A DNA stretch of 36,849 nucleotides from Nitrospirota bacterium (GTDB taxonomy: Bacteria > Nitrospirota > Nitrospiria > 2-01-FULL-66-17), in NCBI GenBank assembly GCA_049325335.1, contig JBMOMC010000011.1, positions 1-36,849 of the forward strand. The letters run 5' to 3'. Shown one piece after another: positions 17,282 to 26,800 of the stretch; within the stretch, counting starts at the first letter, position 1, and the number at the start of each line of letters is the position of its first letter. Below the pieces are notes generated by a model, which was not told where the DNA came from, did not search any database, and saw only the letters and a list, made by a program, of their open reading frames with translations. The position numbers were made by a program, and so were the translations under genes.

Positions 17282-20068
17282 ATGGACGTGACGCAGACCG
17301 CGAACGCGTTGATCGAGATGCTGCACGCCTTGGCGTCCGAGTTGTATAGGACCCCGCCGGGGCGCGCGTTGACGCTGGACAGTTCGCTGGAGAAGGATTT
17401 CGGGTTCGACAGCCTGGGCCGCGTCGAGTTGGTGTTGCGCCTGGAACAGCGGTTCGGGGTACGGTTGCCCGAGCACGTGACGGCGAACGCGGAGACGCCG
17501 CGCGATCTGTTGCGGGCGGTCCTGACGCGGGAGGGCGAGGCGCCGGCTGAGGAGCGGGTCGCGGCCGTGCACGCGCAGGTCGTCGGCCCGGTAACGGGTG
17601 ATCCGTCCGCGGCGGCCACACTGGTGGAGGCGCTGCGCTGGCACGTGGAGCGGCATCCCGAGCGGCCGCATCTTTCCCAGTTGGACGACCGGGGCTGCCG
17701 AGACCGGCTCACGTACGGCGAGTTATGGCAAGCCGGGTCGGCCGTGGCCGCGGGGTTACGGGGCCGGGGCGTCAACCCCGGGGACACGGTCGCGATCATG
17801 CTGCCCACGTCTCGGGAATACTTCGTCGGATTCATCGGCATTCTGTTGGCTGGGGGCGTCCCGGTGCCACTGTACCCCCCGTTGCGCCTCGCGCAGATCG
17901 AAGACCACCTCACACGCCAAACCGCCATCCTGCGTAACGCGGGGACCGTGCTCATGATCACCGTGCCCGAAGCGCAGCGCGTGGCGCAATTACTCAAGGC
18001 CAAGGTCGAGTCGCTGCGTCACGCCGCGACGGTCGAGGAACTCTCGTCGGCGGGGCTGGAATCCGCGCAACCTCGCGTGGCGGCGCAAGACATCGCGCTC
18101 CTGCAATACACTTCCGGGAGCACGGGGACGCCCAAAGGCGTGATGCTGACCCACGCGAATCTGCTGGCCAACATCCGTTCAATGGGCGAGGCCGTACGCG
18201 CGAGCTCGCAAGACGTGCTGGTGAGCTGGTTACCGCTGTATCACGACATGGGGTTGATCGGCGCGTGGCTCGGGAGTTTGTACTATGCCGCGCCGTTCGT
18301 GGTGATGTCGCCGCTCACGTTTCTGGCCCGGCCCGAGCGGTGGCTGCGCGCGATCTCCGAGTACCGCGGCACCATCTCGGCGGGTCCCAACTTCGCGTTC
18401 GAACTGTGCGTGCGCAAGATCGACGAGGCCGCGCTCGCCACGATCGATCTGAGCTCGTGGCGTCTGGCGGTCAACGGCGCGGAGCCGATCAGCCCCGACA
18501 CCATGACCCGGTTCATCGAGCGTTTCGGCCGGTGCGGGTTCCGGCCGGGCGCCATGGCCCCGGTGTACGGGCTCGCCGAGTCGTCGGTCGGCCTCGCGTT
18601 CCCGCCGTTGGGCCGGGTGCCGCCGATCGACCGCGTCGATCGCGACGCGCTTGCTTCCCGCGGCGCGGCCGTGCCCGCTGACGCGGATGATTCCTCGGCG
18701 ATGCGCGTGGTGGCGTGCGGCCGCCCGCTGCCCGGGCATCAGATCCGGATCGTGGACGAGTCGGGCCGCGAGGCCGGTGATCGCGAGGTGGGCCGCATTC
18801 AATTCATGGGACCGTCCACTACCAGCGGGTACTACCGCAACGCCGAGGCCACCGCGGCATTATTCGACGGGCCGTGGCTCGACTCCGGGGACTACGGGTA
18901 CCTGGCGGAGGGGGATGTGTATATCACGGGCCGCGCCAAGGAGATCATCATCCGCGCGGGTCGGAACCTCTATCCCTACGAACTGGAGGACGCGGTGGGG
19001 AGGGTGCCCGGCATTCGCAAAGGGTGCGTGGCCGTATTCGGGACCACGGACCCCGACGCCGGGACCGAACAATTGGTCGTGGTGGCCGAGACCCGCGAGA
19101 AAAACGCGGCGGCCTTGGACGCGCTCCGCGCGCGGATCCATGACTTGGCGATGGACCTGCTGCACGCCGCGCCGGACGAGATCGTGTTGGCGCCGCCGCA
19201 CACGGTCCTGAAGACCTCGAGCGGCAAGATCCGCCGCGCCGCGTGCCGCGACCTGTACGACCGCGGAGCCTTGGCCGGGTCGGGTCCGCGCGCGGTGTGG
19301 GTGCAGGTGGCGCGGCTGGCCGCCGGGGGCGCGTTGGGCGAAGCGCGGCGTTGGGCGCGCGGCGGGGCGCGCGCGCTGTACGCCGGGTACGCGTGGACCG
19401 TGTTCGGAGTGGGCATCAGCGCGGCGGCCGCCGCGGCGAGCATCGTCCCTTCGCCCCGGGCGCGGTGGCTGATGGTCCGTGCGCTCGCGCGCGCCGGATT
19501 CCGGCTGGCCGGCGTGCCGTTGGTGATCCGCGGCGCGTTGCGCGCGCCCGCGGTGTGCGTGGTCAACCACGCGAGTTATCTCGACGCGGTGGTGCTTGCG
19601 GCGTCGCTGCCGGAGGGCGGCGCGTTCGTGGCCAAACGCGAATTGGCGGCGGTGACGGGAGCCGGGTGGTTTCTCCGACGTCTGGGCGCGGAATTCGTGG
19701 AACGGTTCGACCGCCAAAAGGGTGTCGAAGATACGGGCCGGCTTGCCGAGGCCGCGCGGGTGGGCCGGACGCTGGTGGTGTTCCCCGAGGGCACGTTCGG
19801 TCGTGCCGCGGGGCTTCGCCCGTTTCGGATGGGCGCGTTCGTGGCGGCGGCGCAGACCGGCACGCCGGTGGTCCCGGTGGCGTTGCGAGGCACGCGCTCG
19901 ATCCTGCGCGACGGGTCGTGGTTCCCGCGCCGGGGAACGGTCGGCGTGGTGATCGGAGACCCGATCGCACCGCAAGGCGCGGACTGGGCCGCGGCCCGTG
20001 CCCTGCACGACGCGGCGCGGGCGGAGATCTTACGGTGGTGCGGCGAACCGGATCTTTCTGGCGGTTGA
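17282..20068 (+). CDS. ACP - fatty acyl-AMP ligase - PlsC acyltransferase fusion
   Basis: GFDSL (ACP), YTSGSTGTPKG, YGLAE, KTSSGKIRR (adenylation domain), NHASYLD and FPEGT (PlsC). Confidence 0.9.
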   Translation: MDVTQTANALIEMLHALASELYRTPPGRALTLDSSLEKDFGFDSLGRVELVLRLEQRFGVRLPEHVTANAETPRDLLRAVLTREGEAPAEERVAAVHAQVVGPVTGDPSAAATLVEALRWHVERHPERPHLSQLDDRGCRDRLTYGELWQAGSAVAAGLRGRGVNPGDTVAIMLPTSREYFVGFIGILLAGGVPVPLYPPLRLAQIEDHLTRQTAILRNAGTVLMITVPEAQRVAQLLKAKVESLRHAATVEELSSAGLESAQPRVAAQDIALLQYTSGSTGTPKGVMLTHANLLANIRSMGEAVRASSQDVLVSWLPLYHDMGLIGAWLGSLYYAAPFVVMSPLTFLARPERWLRAISEYRGTISAGPNFAFELCVRKIDEAALATIDLSSWRLAVNGAEPISPDTMTRFIERFGRCGFRPGAMAPVYGLAESSVGLAFPPLGRVPPIDRVDRDALASRGAAVPADADDSSAMRVVACGRPLPGHQIRIVDESGREAGDREVGRIQFMGPSTTSGYYRNAEATAALFDGPWLDSGDYGYLAEGDVYITGRAKEIIIRAGRNLYPYELEDAVGRVPGIRKGCVAVFGTTDPDAGTEQLVVVAETREKNAAALDALRARIHDLAMDLLHAAPDEIVLAPPHTVLKTSSGKIRRAACRDLYDRGALAGSGPRAVWVQVARLAAGGALGEARRWARGGARALYAGYAWTVFGVGISAAAAAASIVPSPRARWLMVRALARAGFRLAGVPLVIRGALRAPAVCVVNHASYLDAVVLAASLPEGGAFVAKRELAAVTGAGWFLRRLGAEFVERFDRQKGVEDTGRLAEAARVGRTLVVFPEGTFGRAAGLRPFRMGAFVAAAQTGTPVVPVALRGTRSILRDGSWFPRRGTVGVVIGDPIAPQGADWAAARALHDAARAEILRWCGEPDLSGG

Positions 20069-20070
20069 TT

Positions 20071-20254
20071 CAGGCTGCTGAAAAAGTCCGGCTGCGGCGT
20101 TGCTCGGTCGTCGGAAAATCCTCACGTACGTCATAGTACGCTGCTTCGCCAAGCGAGCGGATGGAACCTTTAGCAGCGCCACACACCGGCGCAGTGCGCT
20201 TTCCGGTTTTCCTCCTTCCTCGCGCCTTGCATCCGGCGCTTTTTGAGCAGCCTG
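20071..20254. repeat. MITE-like palindromic intergenic element
   Basis: Terminal inverted repeats CAGGCTGCTGAAAAAG / CTTTTTGAGCAGCCTG (15/16); further internal complementarity; no ORF. Confidence 0.75.
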
Positions 20255-20284
20255 CGGCTTCGCCGAACTTCGCAATCCACAACA

Positions 20285-21367
20285 TCACAGAAACTCCGCA
20301 ACAATGTCTGCGGCTTCTTCGATGCCGGTGGGGAGTACGGGTGATTTTTTGGGCAGGCGCCACAATGCGGCAAGGGCGGCGCCGAGGTCGCCGCGTTCCA
20401 GCGCGGCGCGGTCAAGCTCCAGGGCTCGGCCATTAGCCGTGAGCCAGTCGATCAGGTAGGGTTCCTCGGGCCAGTCCTTGCGTTGCACGTAGAGCATGGG
20501 CGTACCGTTGCACGCGGCTTCGGCGAACGTGCCGTACCCGGGTTTGCCGATCAGCGCGTCGCACCCGCGTAAGACATCCACGAACGGCCAGGCGATCGAC
20601 GACAGCGCGAGCGCGTCGGGGTGATCCACATGGTCCCGACCGGACACCAGCCACCGAATGTCCGGTGTCCGAGGCCAGCGTTCAATAAGCAGCGGGAAGG
20701 ACAATCCGCCCGGCGCGATCATCACGACCCGTTGCCGCGCCGAGAGCCCGAGCGCGCGACGCAGCTCGTCCCTGCGGTCCGCACCCGTGCGGGCGATCGG
20801 GCCCACCGCCCGTCGCGCGGGTAGATCAATCATCGGCATGCTGGGCCTGGGTTGGATGAACACGCGCGCCGACGCGTACGCGGCCAGAATTTGGGCGTGG
20901 ACCGCGGCGGCCTCGGGACGTGTCCCCAGATAGTGTCGATAAATATCGGCCCAGTTGAGCGAGCAGAGCGCGAAGGCCGGGATGCCGGCTCGCGCGGCGG
21001 CCGCGAGCGTCAGGTACGGGATGTTGCTGAGAATCGCGTCGGGGGCGAGCGCCGTCAGCGCCGTGGTTTCCTCGGCGACTCGTTCCGGCCAGTGCTCGTG
21101 CAGGCTGGCATAGGCCCGCGCGCTGTTTTCGACGTCCGTGTCGAGAGCGGAGGTCATGCGCATGCCGAAGTCGGCGGCCGTGGGAACGAGGTCCCACGGC
21201 GGATCAAACCGGGCCGCGAGCAGGTCTCGGTCTACCGTGGTGCGGAGCGTGACGCGCAGACCGGGGATACGCGGTCGTAGGGCATTGACGACCGGCGCGG
21301 TGAGCGCCGCGTGCCCGAAGCCGTGTGGGGTGATGACAACCACCAGATGCGGGGCGCGTCGAGACAC
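20285..21367 (-). CDS. GT-B fold glycosyltransferase-like protein
   Basis: HGFGHA N-terminal motif, KPGYGTFAEA, R.DWPEE. Confidence 0.7.
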   Translation of the reverse strand: MSRRAPHLVVVITPHGFGHAALTAPVVNALRPRIPGLRVTLRTTVDRDLLAARFDPPWDLVPTAADFGMRMTSALDTDVENSARAYASLHEHWPERVAEETTALTALAPDAILSNIPYLTLAAAARAGIPAFALCSLNWADIYRHYLGTRPEAAAVHAQILAAYASARVFIQPRPSMPMIDLPARRAVGPIARTGADRRDELRRALGLSARQRVVMIAPGGLSFPLLIERWPRTPDIRWLVSGRDHVDHPDALALSSIAWPFVDVLRGCDALIGKPGYGTFAEAACNGTPMLYVQRKDWPEEPYLIDWLTANGRALELDRAALERGDLGAALAALWRLPKKSPVLPTGIEEAADIVAEFL

Positions 21368-21441
21368 GGGCGCGCACTATACCACAGCACGGCGCGAACG
21401 GTTGCGGGCGAGGGGGCGGCTGCGGTATACAGGGTGGGACG

Positions 21442-21900
21442 ATGACCGCCTATACCTACGTGCCCATCGGCCTGTTCCGCACGCCGTACCGTACGACCGA
21501 CGAAATTCCCAAAGTATTGGGACAGGCGCCGACCGCGGAAGGCGTGATCGAGGTTGATCCCGCGTACGCGGACGGGCTGTTGGACATCGAGCAGTTCTCG
21601 CACCTGTTCGTGTTGTTCGCGTTCCATCTGAGCACGGCCAAACCGCTGCGTGTGTATCCGCCGGGCCAAACCCGCGAACGCGGGGTGTTCGCCACGCGGT
21701 CGCCGCACCGACCCAACGGAATCGGTATTCTGACCGTGGAACTCGTAAAACGCGACGGGAACCGCCTGTTCGTCAAAGGCCTCGACGTGGCGGACGGCAC
21801 GCCGGTGCTGGATATCAAACCGTACCTGGGACATTTCGATTGTCGCCCGCACGCCACGTTGGGATGGATGCCGGACACTCCCCATGCCGGTCAGCGGTAA
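21442..21900 (+). CDS. tsaA: tRNA m6t6A37 methyltransferase TrmO/TsaA family
   Basis: RGVFATRSPHRPNGIG, GLDVADGTPVLDIKPY. Confidence 0.9.
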   Translation: MTAYTYVPIGLFRTPYRTTDEIPKVLGQAPTAEGVIEVDPAYADGLLDIEQFSHLFVLFAFHLSTAKPLRVYPPGQTRERGVFATRSPHRPNGIGILTVELVKRDGNRLFVKGLDVADGTPVLDIKPYLGHFDCRPHATLGWMPDTPHAGQR

Positions 21901-22207
21901 ATATCGGGACTACGTGCTCGGGCAGCTCGCCTGCCTGGGATCGGTGACCGGAAAGAGTATGTTCGGCGGCGTCGGGCTGTATCTGGACGGGGTGTTTTTC
22001 GCCCTGATTGCCGACGACGTGTTGTACTTTAAAGTGGGTCCGTCAAACCGGGCGGACTACGAGTCGGCCGGGATGGAACCGTTTCGACCCTTCGCGAAAA
22101 AATCCGCGATGCCGTATTACCAGGTCCCGGTGGACGTGTTGGAGGATTCGGACCAATTGCGGGCGTGGGGGCGCAAGGCGCATGATGCGGCGGCTAGAAC
22201 ATTCTGA
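21884..22207 (+). CDS. TfoX/Sxy N-terminal domain protein
   Basis: KSMFGGVGLY, FALIADDVLYFK, MPYYQVP. Confidence 0.9.
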   Translation: MPVSGKYRDYVLGQLACLGSVTGKSMFGGVGLYLDGVFFALIADDVLYFKVGPSNRADYESAGMEPFRPFAKKSAMPYYQVPVDVLEDSDQLRAWGRKAHDAAARTF

Positions 22208-22925
22208 ACGTCGAAACGGTCGATGGACCCGCTTGCGGCGCGGGGCGGTCCGGTTCGTGGTGATCGTCGCGTTGACGGTGCACGCCGGGTGCGCGTCCCG
22301 CGAGATTCGACTGACTCATGACGACCTCACGGCGTTGCGCGCGGCCACGGTAGGGATCGCGCGGCATCCCCCGCCGGTGTTCGACGTGGAGACGCCGGGC
22401 AACAGCACGATCGGGTCCGTGTCCGGCGTGTCGGGCGGGGTGTTGATTTTTCCGGGCCGAAGCGCGGGGAGCGGGCCGATCGACGCCGAATACGGCATCG
22501 ACGATCCCGCGATTGCGGTGCGCGCCCGGGTGCTGGATGCTCTGGCGTTCGAGGTGGGGGCCATACGCGCGCCGACCGAGGTGTCCCTGCCGCCGGATGA
22601 TCGCCTCGACGCGGTGGTCGCATCCGTCGGCCGCGAGGGGTGGTTGCTCGATGTGCGTACGGTGCGTTGGGGGTTGGTCGCGGATACCAAACTCTGGACC
22701 CGATATCGCGTGAGCGTGGGAGCGCGCGCGCGGCTGATCGACTTGGCGGGAGGGCGCGTGGCGTGGCAGGGGTTTTGCGACGCCACGGAGCCCGACGCGC
22801 CGAGCCGATCTACGATTCCGGAACTAACCGCGCGCGACGCCGAGTCGTTAAAAACGCGGCTCAACGAGGCCGCGCAACGGTGCGGGGCCTCGTTGGTGGA
22901 GCAGTTGTTTTCCGGCGTCAGATAA
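22182..22925 (+). CDS. Hypothetical lipoprotein
   Basis: Basic N-region, hydrophobic stretch and lipobox-like VHAGC; fits the operon spacing. Start uncertain. Confidence 0.6.
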   Translation: MMRRLEHSERRNGRWTRLRRGAVRFVVIVALTVHAGCASREIRLTHDDLTALRAATVGIARHPPPVFDVETPGNSTIGSVSGVSGGVLIFPGRSAGSGPIDAEYGIDDPAIAVRARVLDALAFEVGAIRAPTEVSLPPDDRLDAVVASVGREGWLLDVRTVRWGLVADTKLWTRYRVSVGARARLIDLAGGRVAWQGFCDATEPDAPSRSTIPELTARDAESLKTRLNEAAQRCGASLVEQLFSGVR

Positions 22926-22933
22926 GGCCCGCG

Positions 22934-23203
22934 ATGTTCTCCGAGGACAAGACGTTCACGCTCCGGTTCAGTTTGGAAGCCGCGTTCCCGGACGACTATG
23001 ACGGGGACGACGACCAGTACCAGTGGGTGCGCGAGTGGGAGAGCGGGATGAAGGCCGACGTGCTCAAGGCCGTGTTCAGCGCGCTGCGAAACCGCCAGGG
23101 CTGGACTGCGCGCGTGCGCAATCGCGGCATGTCGGATCAAGACGAAATCGAAATCGTGTTGTCGCGCGACGCGTCGGCTGCACGCGATCCGCGACCACGG
23201 TGA
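22934..23203 (+). CDS. Small acidic hypothetical protein (89 aa)
   Basis: MFSEDKTFTLRFSLEAAFPDDYDGDDD...; GC3-biased codons; fills the gap between co-oriented genes. Confidence 0.75.
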   Translation: MFSEDKTFTLRFSLEAAFPDDYDGDDDQYQWVREWESGMKADVLKAVFSALRNRQGWTARVRNRGMSDQDEIEIVLSRDASAARDPRPR

Positions 23204-23216
23204 ACGCGGGGTGATC

Positions 23217-23924
23217 ATGGCGCGCGGACGGGTCGGGGGGGCCGACATCGCGGTCCTGGTGAAATCGCGCGAGCCCAAGGTGCTGCGCGACGTGGCGCCG
23301 TACCTGCGATGGGTCGCGCGGGGCGGGGGGCGTCCGGTCGTGGTGTTGCTCGGACGGCGGGTGCCCGCGTCCGCGTCCGGGGTCCTGTTGGTGGGCGGGG
23401 AAGACGTGGCTCCCGCGCGCTACGGCGAAACCGACCGCCACTGCGAACGGATCAACGAGCCGCGCGACGCCTGGGAACTCGACTTGCTGCCGCGCGCGCT
23501 GGAGCGCGACGTACCGATCTTCGCCGTGTGCCGCGGTGTTCAGGTCCTCGCGGTGGCGTTGGGGGGGGCATTGGTACAGGATCTCCCGGCCGAGCTAGGG
23601 CGGCGCGGGATTCGATCACGCGTGATCCACCGCGGTCCCGCGCACACGGACTCCGCGCACCGCATCCGCATCGTCCCGCGCACCCTGCTCGCGCGTCTGA
23701 TTCCGACCAAGACCGCGCTCGTGAACAGCCACCATCACCAGGCCGTGCGCGCGGCGCCGCGCGGGCTGCTCGTATCCGCGCGGGCGAGCGACGGCACGAT
23801 CGAAGCCGTCGAGCACGCGACCAACCGCTTTGTGCTGGGAGTGCAATGGCACCCGGAACGGTGGCCTCACCCGTCGTCCGCGGCCCTCGTGCGGGGGTTT
23901 CTCGAGGCGTGCGCCGGCGAATGA
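23217..23924 (+). CDS. Peptidase C26 / gamma-glutamyl-gamma-aminobutyrate hydrolase family
   Basis: GGEDV, VCRGVQ nucleophile, VNSHHHQ, GVQWHPE. Confidence 0.9.
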   Translation: MARGRVGGADIAVLVKSREPKVLRDVAPYLRWVARGGGRPVVVLLGRRVPASASGVLLVGGEDVAPARYGETDRHCERINEPRDAWELDLLPRALERDVPIFAVCRGVQVLAVALGGALVQDLPAELGRRGIRSRVIHRGPAHTDSAHRIRIVPRTLLARLIPTKTALVNSHHHQAVRAAPRGLLVSARASDGTIEAVEHATNRFVLGVQWHPERWPHPSSAALVRGFLEACAGE

Positions 23925-24910
23925 TCGGACTCGCGGCCGCGGCCGCGCTGCTCGCAGGCCTCGGGTGGTGGTTGGCGGCCATGTTCTGGATGCCGGGGAC
24001 GTCCGCGCGAGGCGCGTTGGCGCCGCTCACGCCGCGCGAATCATCGCTGGTCGGCGTCCTGCGCCGGGACGTGGAGGCGCTGGCGGGCGCCATCGGCGAA
24101 CGGAACTCCCAGCGGTACGAGGCGTTGCTCGCGGCCGCGGACTACATCGACAACGGGTTGGTCGGCGCGGGGTACGACGTGCGTCGCCACCGATACGAGA
24201 TCAACGGCCGACCGTTCGACAATCTCGAAGTAGAACGCCGGGGGGCGTCGGACCCCGACGCGATCGTCCTAGTGGGCGCGCATTATGATTCGGTGGTCGG
24301 CGCGCCCGGCGCCAATGACAACGGCAGCGGCGTGGCGGCCCTCTTGGCGTTGGCCGAGGCATTCGCCGGCCGGACCACGGCCCGCACCCTGCGGTTCGTG
24401 GCGTTCGTGAACGAGGAACGGCCGTTCGCGCACTCCCCGACCATGGGGAGCATGGTGTATGCCGCGCGCTCGCGCGAACGGGGCGAGCGTGTCAACGCAA
24501 TGGTGAGCTTGGAAACCATGGGATACTTCGCGGATGCGCCGGGCAGCCAACGGTACCCGTCGGTCCTGCGCTGGGTCTATCCCGATACCGCGACTTTTAT
24601 TGCGTTCGTGAGCAATCTCTCCTCGCGCGCCGTGCTCAAACGCGCCATCAAGCGCTTTCGCGACGTGGCGTCGATTCCATCGGAGGGCGGCGCGTTGCCC
24701 GCGAACCTGCCGGGCGTGGGTTGGTCCGATCACTGGTCGTTCTGGCAGGCGGGGTTCCCCGCGATCATGGTCACGGACACCGCCCTGTTTCGCTACCCCG
24801 CGTATCACACCGACGCGGACACCCCGGAGCAGGTGGATTACGAACGGTTGGCGCGCGTGGTCGCGGGGCTGGAGTCCGTGGTCGCGGAGTTGGCGGGGGC
24901 GGATCGCTGA
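23921..24910 (+). CDS. M28 family peptidase
   Basis: GAHYDS, GANDNGSG, NEE, SDHWSF, YH. Start reassigned to the ATG at 23921 (ATGA overlap). Confidence 0.9.
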   Translation: MIGLAAAAALLAGLGWWLAAMFWMPGTSARGALAPLTPRESSLVGVLRRDVEALAGAIGERNSQRYEALLAAADYIDNGLVGAGYDVRRHRYEINGRPFDNLEVERRGASDPDAIVLVGAHYDSVVGAPGANDNGSGVAALLALAEAFAGRTTARTLRFVAFVNEERPFAHSPTMGSMVYAARSRERGERVNAMVSLETMGYFADAPGSQRYPSVLRWVYPDTATFIAFVSNLSSRAVLKRAIKRFRDVASIPSEGGALPANLPGVGWSDHWSFWQAGFPAIMVTDTALFRYPAYHTDADTPEQVDYERLARVVAGLESVVAELAGADR

Positions 24911-24916
24911 CGGGGT

Positions 24917-26779
24917 TCAGGCGCAGCGTGTGTGGGCGTCACCCGGACGATCAACCGGGGAGCGGAGTAGTCGCTGAAACGCGTCAAACGTCATGGGACG
25001 GTTGAAATAGTACCCTTGAAATTGCGAGCACCCAGAGGCTTGTAAACACTCCAACTCTTCGCGCGTTTCCACGCCCTCCGCGATGATGGACAGATCCAGC
25101 CCGCGTCCGAGCGCGATGATGGTTTCCACGATCGCCCGGTTGCCTTTGTGCGCGTGCAGGCCGCGCACAAAGGCTTGGTCGATTTTGAGCGTGGCGACCG
25201 GGAACCGGTTGATGTACGCCAGCGAGGAGTAGCCGGTCCCGAAATCATCGATGGAAAACGCGATGCCGAACGCTTGAAGGGCGCGCATCTTGTCCACCGC
25301 GTCCTCGGTATGTTTGATCAGCGTGCCTTCGGTTAATTCAATGCCGAGGTTGGCGGGATTGATCCCGGCATCTTGAGCCAGGCGCTGCACGTGCTCGACG
25401 AAATTGTCTTGACGGAGTTGAATCGCGCTCACGTTCACCGAGATTTTTTTGAAGTGCTCGGGGAGTCCGGCCTGCTCCAGGGTCCGGAGTTGTCGGCAGG
25501 CCGACCGCAGCATCCAATCTCCGACCTCAAGGATCATCCCGGTTTCCTCGGCGATGGGGATGAACAAGGCGGGCGACACCATGCCGCGACGCGGGTTGTT
25601 CCAGCGCAGGAGGATCTCGGCGCCGATCATGTCTCCGGTCGCGGCGTACTGGGGTTGATAGTAGAGTTCGAATTCGTTGTTGGCGGCCGCGGTCTGCAAC
25701 TCTTTTTCAAGGGCCAGACGGTCTTCGAGCTCCACCGACATCTTGCGGTCGTAGAACATCGCGTGGTTGCGGCCCTGAGATTTGGCCTGGTACATGGCCA
25801 TGTCCGCGTGGCGCAGGATTTCGTCCGCGGACGAGGCGCCGTCCGGGAAAACTTCGATGCCGATGCTGGGCGTCACCGACAAACTGTGCGAGTTGGCCTC
25901 CAACGGCCGCGCGAAGACGGCGCGGATCTTCTCGACCACGGTTTGCGCGTGGCGGGCCGCGGTGTTCGCGTTCTCGCCCAGTTCGGTCAGCAGCATGACG
26001 AACTCGTCACCGCCGAGACGGGCCACCGTATCTTCGCGCCGGATCAATCCGGTCAAGACCGAGGCCACCGCGGTGAGCAAGAGGTCGCCGACCGCGTGCC
26101 CGAGCGTGTCGTTGATGGTTTTGAACCGGTCAAGGTCCAGGAACAACGCCGCCCCGAAATGGCGGTGCCGTCGCGATCGCGCCAGTTCCTGGTCCAACCG
26201 CTGCATGAACAGGCGGCGGTTGGGCAGGCCGGTGAGATCATCGTGATGGAGTTGATACACTACGGTATCTTCGGCCTGTTTGCGGGCCACGGTGGCTCGC
26301 AGCAACTCTTCATGTTCGAAGGACGCGTGGCAACTGGTGGTCAGACGCGCGAGAATCGGCTTGAGCAACAAGAGCACGGATTCGTCGATCGCGCGGTGGA
26401 ACCGTCGGAACACCAGAACGCCGCAGTCCGGGAGTCGGAAAAAGTACATGAACTCGCCGTGGCGCTCGTCGCATCCCAGCAGGTGCGCGGACCGGTCTTG
26501 CTGACGACTCACCCAATGCTCGCACCGGGCTTCAGTGGCTCCGTCTCCCCCATGACGATCGGGCAGACTGAGGTAGTGGCGGAGCGCGCCCGAGCCCGGA
26601 GCGTGTAACGCGAGCCGCCCGGACTCGTCGTGGACCAAGAACACGTCAACGCCGGCGAGCCCGAGTCGGCGGATGCACACCGCGGCGAACTGCCGCAACA
26701 TGGGCTCCAGGCGAAGGTCGAGCCCCACCGCCATGCCGAGTTCGTGTTGGATCGAGATGAGTTGAAGGGTGTTTTCCAC
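24917..26779 (-). CDS. GGDEF/EAL bifunctional c-di-GMP protein
   Basis: DDLTGLPNR, RLGGDEF, EIL, DDFGTGYSS, AEGVET. Confidence 0.93.
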   Translation of the reverse strand: MENTLQLISIQHELGMAVGLDLRLEPMLRQFAAVCIRRLGLAGVDVFLVHDESGRLALHAPGSGALRHYLSLPDRHGGDGATEARCEHWVSRQQDRSAHLLGCDERHGEFMYFFRLPDCGVLVFRRFHRAIDESVLLLLKPILARLTTSCHASFEHEELLRATVARKQAEDTVVYQLHHDDLTGLPNRRLFMQRLDQELARSRRHRHFGAALFLDLDRFKTINDTLGHAVGDLLLTAVASVLTGLIRREDTVARLGGDEFVMLLTELGENANTAARHAQTVVEKIRAVFARPLEANSHSLSVTPSIGIEVFPDGASSADEILRHADMAMYQAKSQGRNHAMFYDRKMSVELEDRLALEKELQTAAANNEFELYYQPQYAATGDMIGAEILLRWNNPRRGMVSPALFIPIAEETGMILEVGDWMLRSACRQLRTLEQAGLPEHFKKISVNVSAIQLRQDNFVEHVQRLAQDAGINPANLGIELTEGTLIKHTEDAVDKMRALQAFGIAFSIDDFGTGYSSLAYINRFPVATLKIDQAFVRGLHAHKGNRAIVETIIALGRGLDLSIIAEGVETREELECLQASGCSQFQGYYFNRPMTFDAFQRLLRSPVDRPGDAHTRCA

Positions 26780-26800
26780 GCACGCCCCTGCCGTGATCCG

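Noticed and set aside
18860..20136. Long alternative-frame ORFs over the FAAL gene (and similar ones across the window)
   Set aside because: Expected stop-poor shadow frames in high-GC DNA; low-complexity Arg/Pro/Ala products.
23309..23920. N-terminal extension of the 533-aa M28 ORF
   Set aside because: Arg/Ala-rich off-frame read of the C26 gene; the real start is likely 23921.
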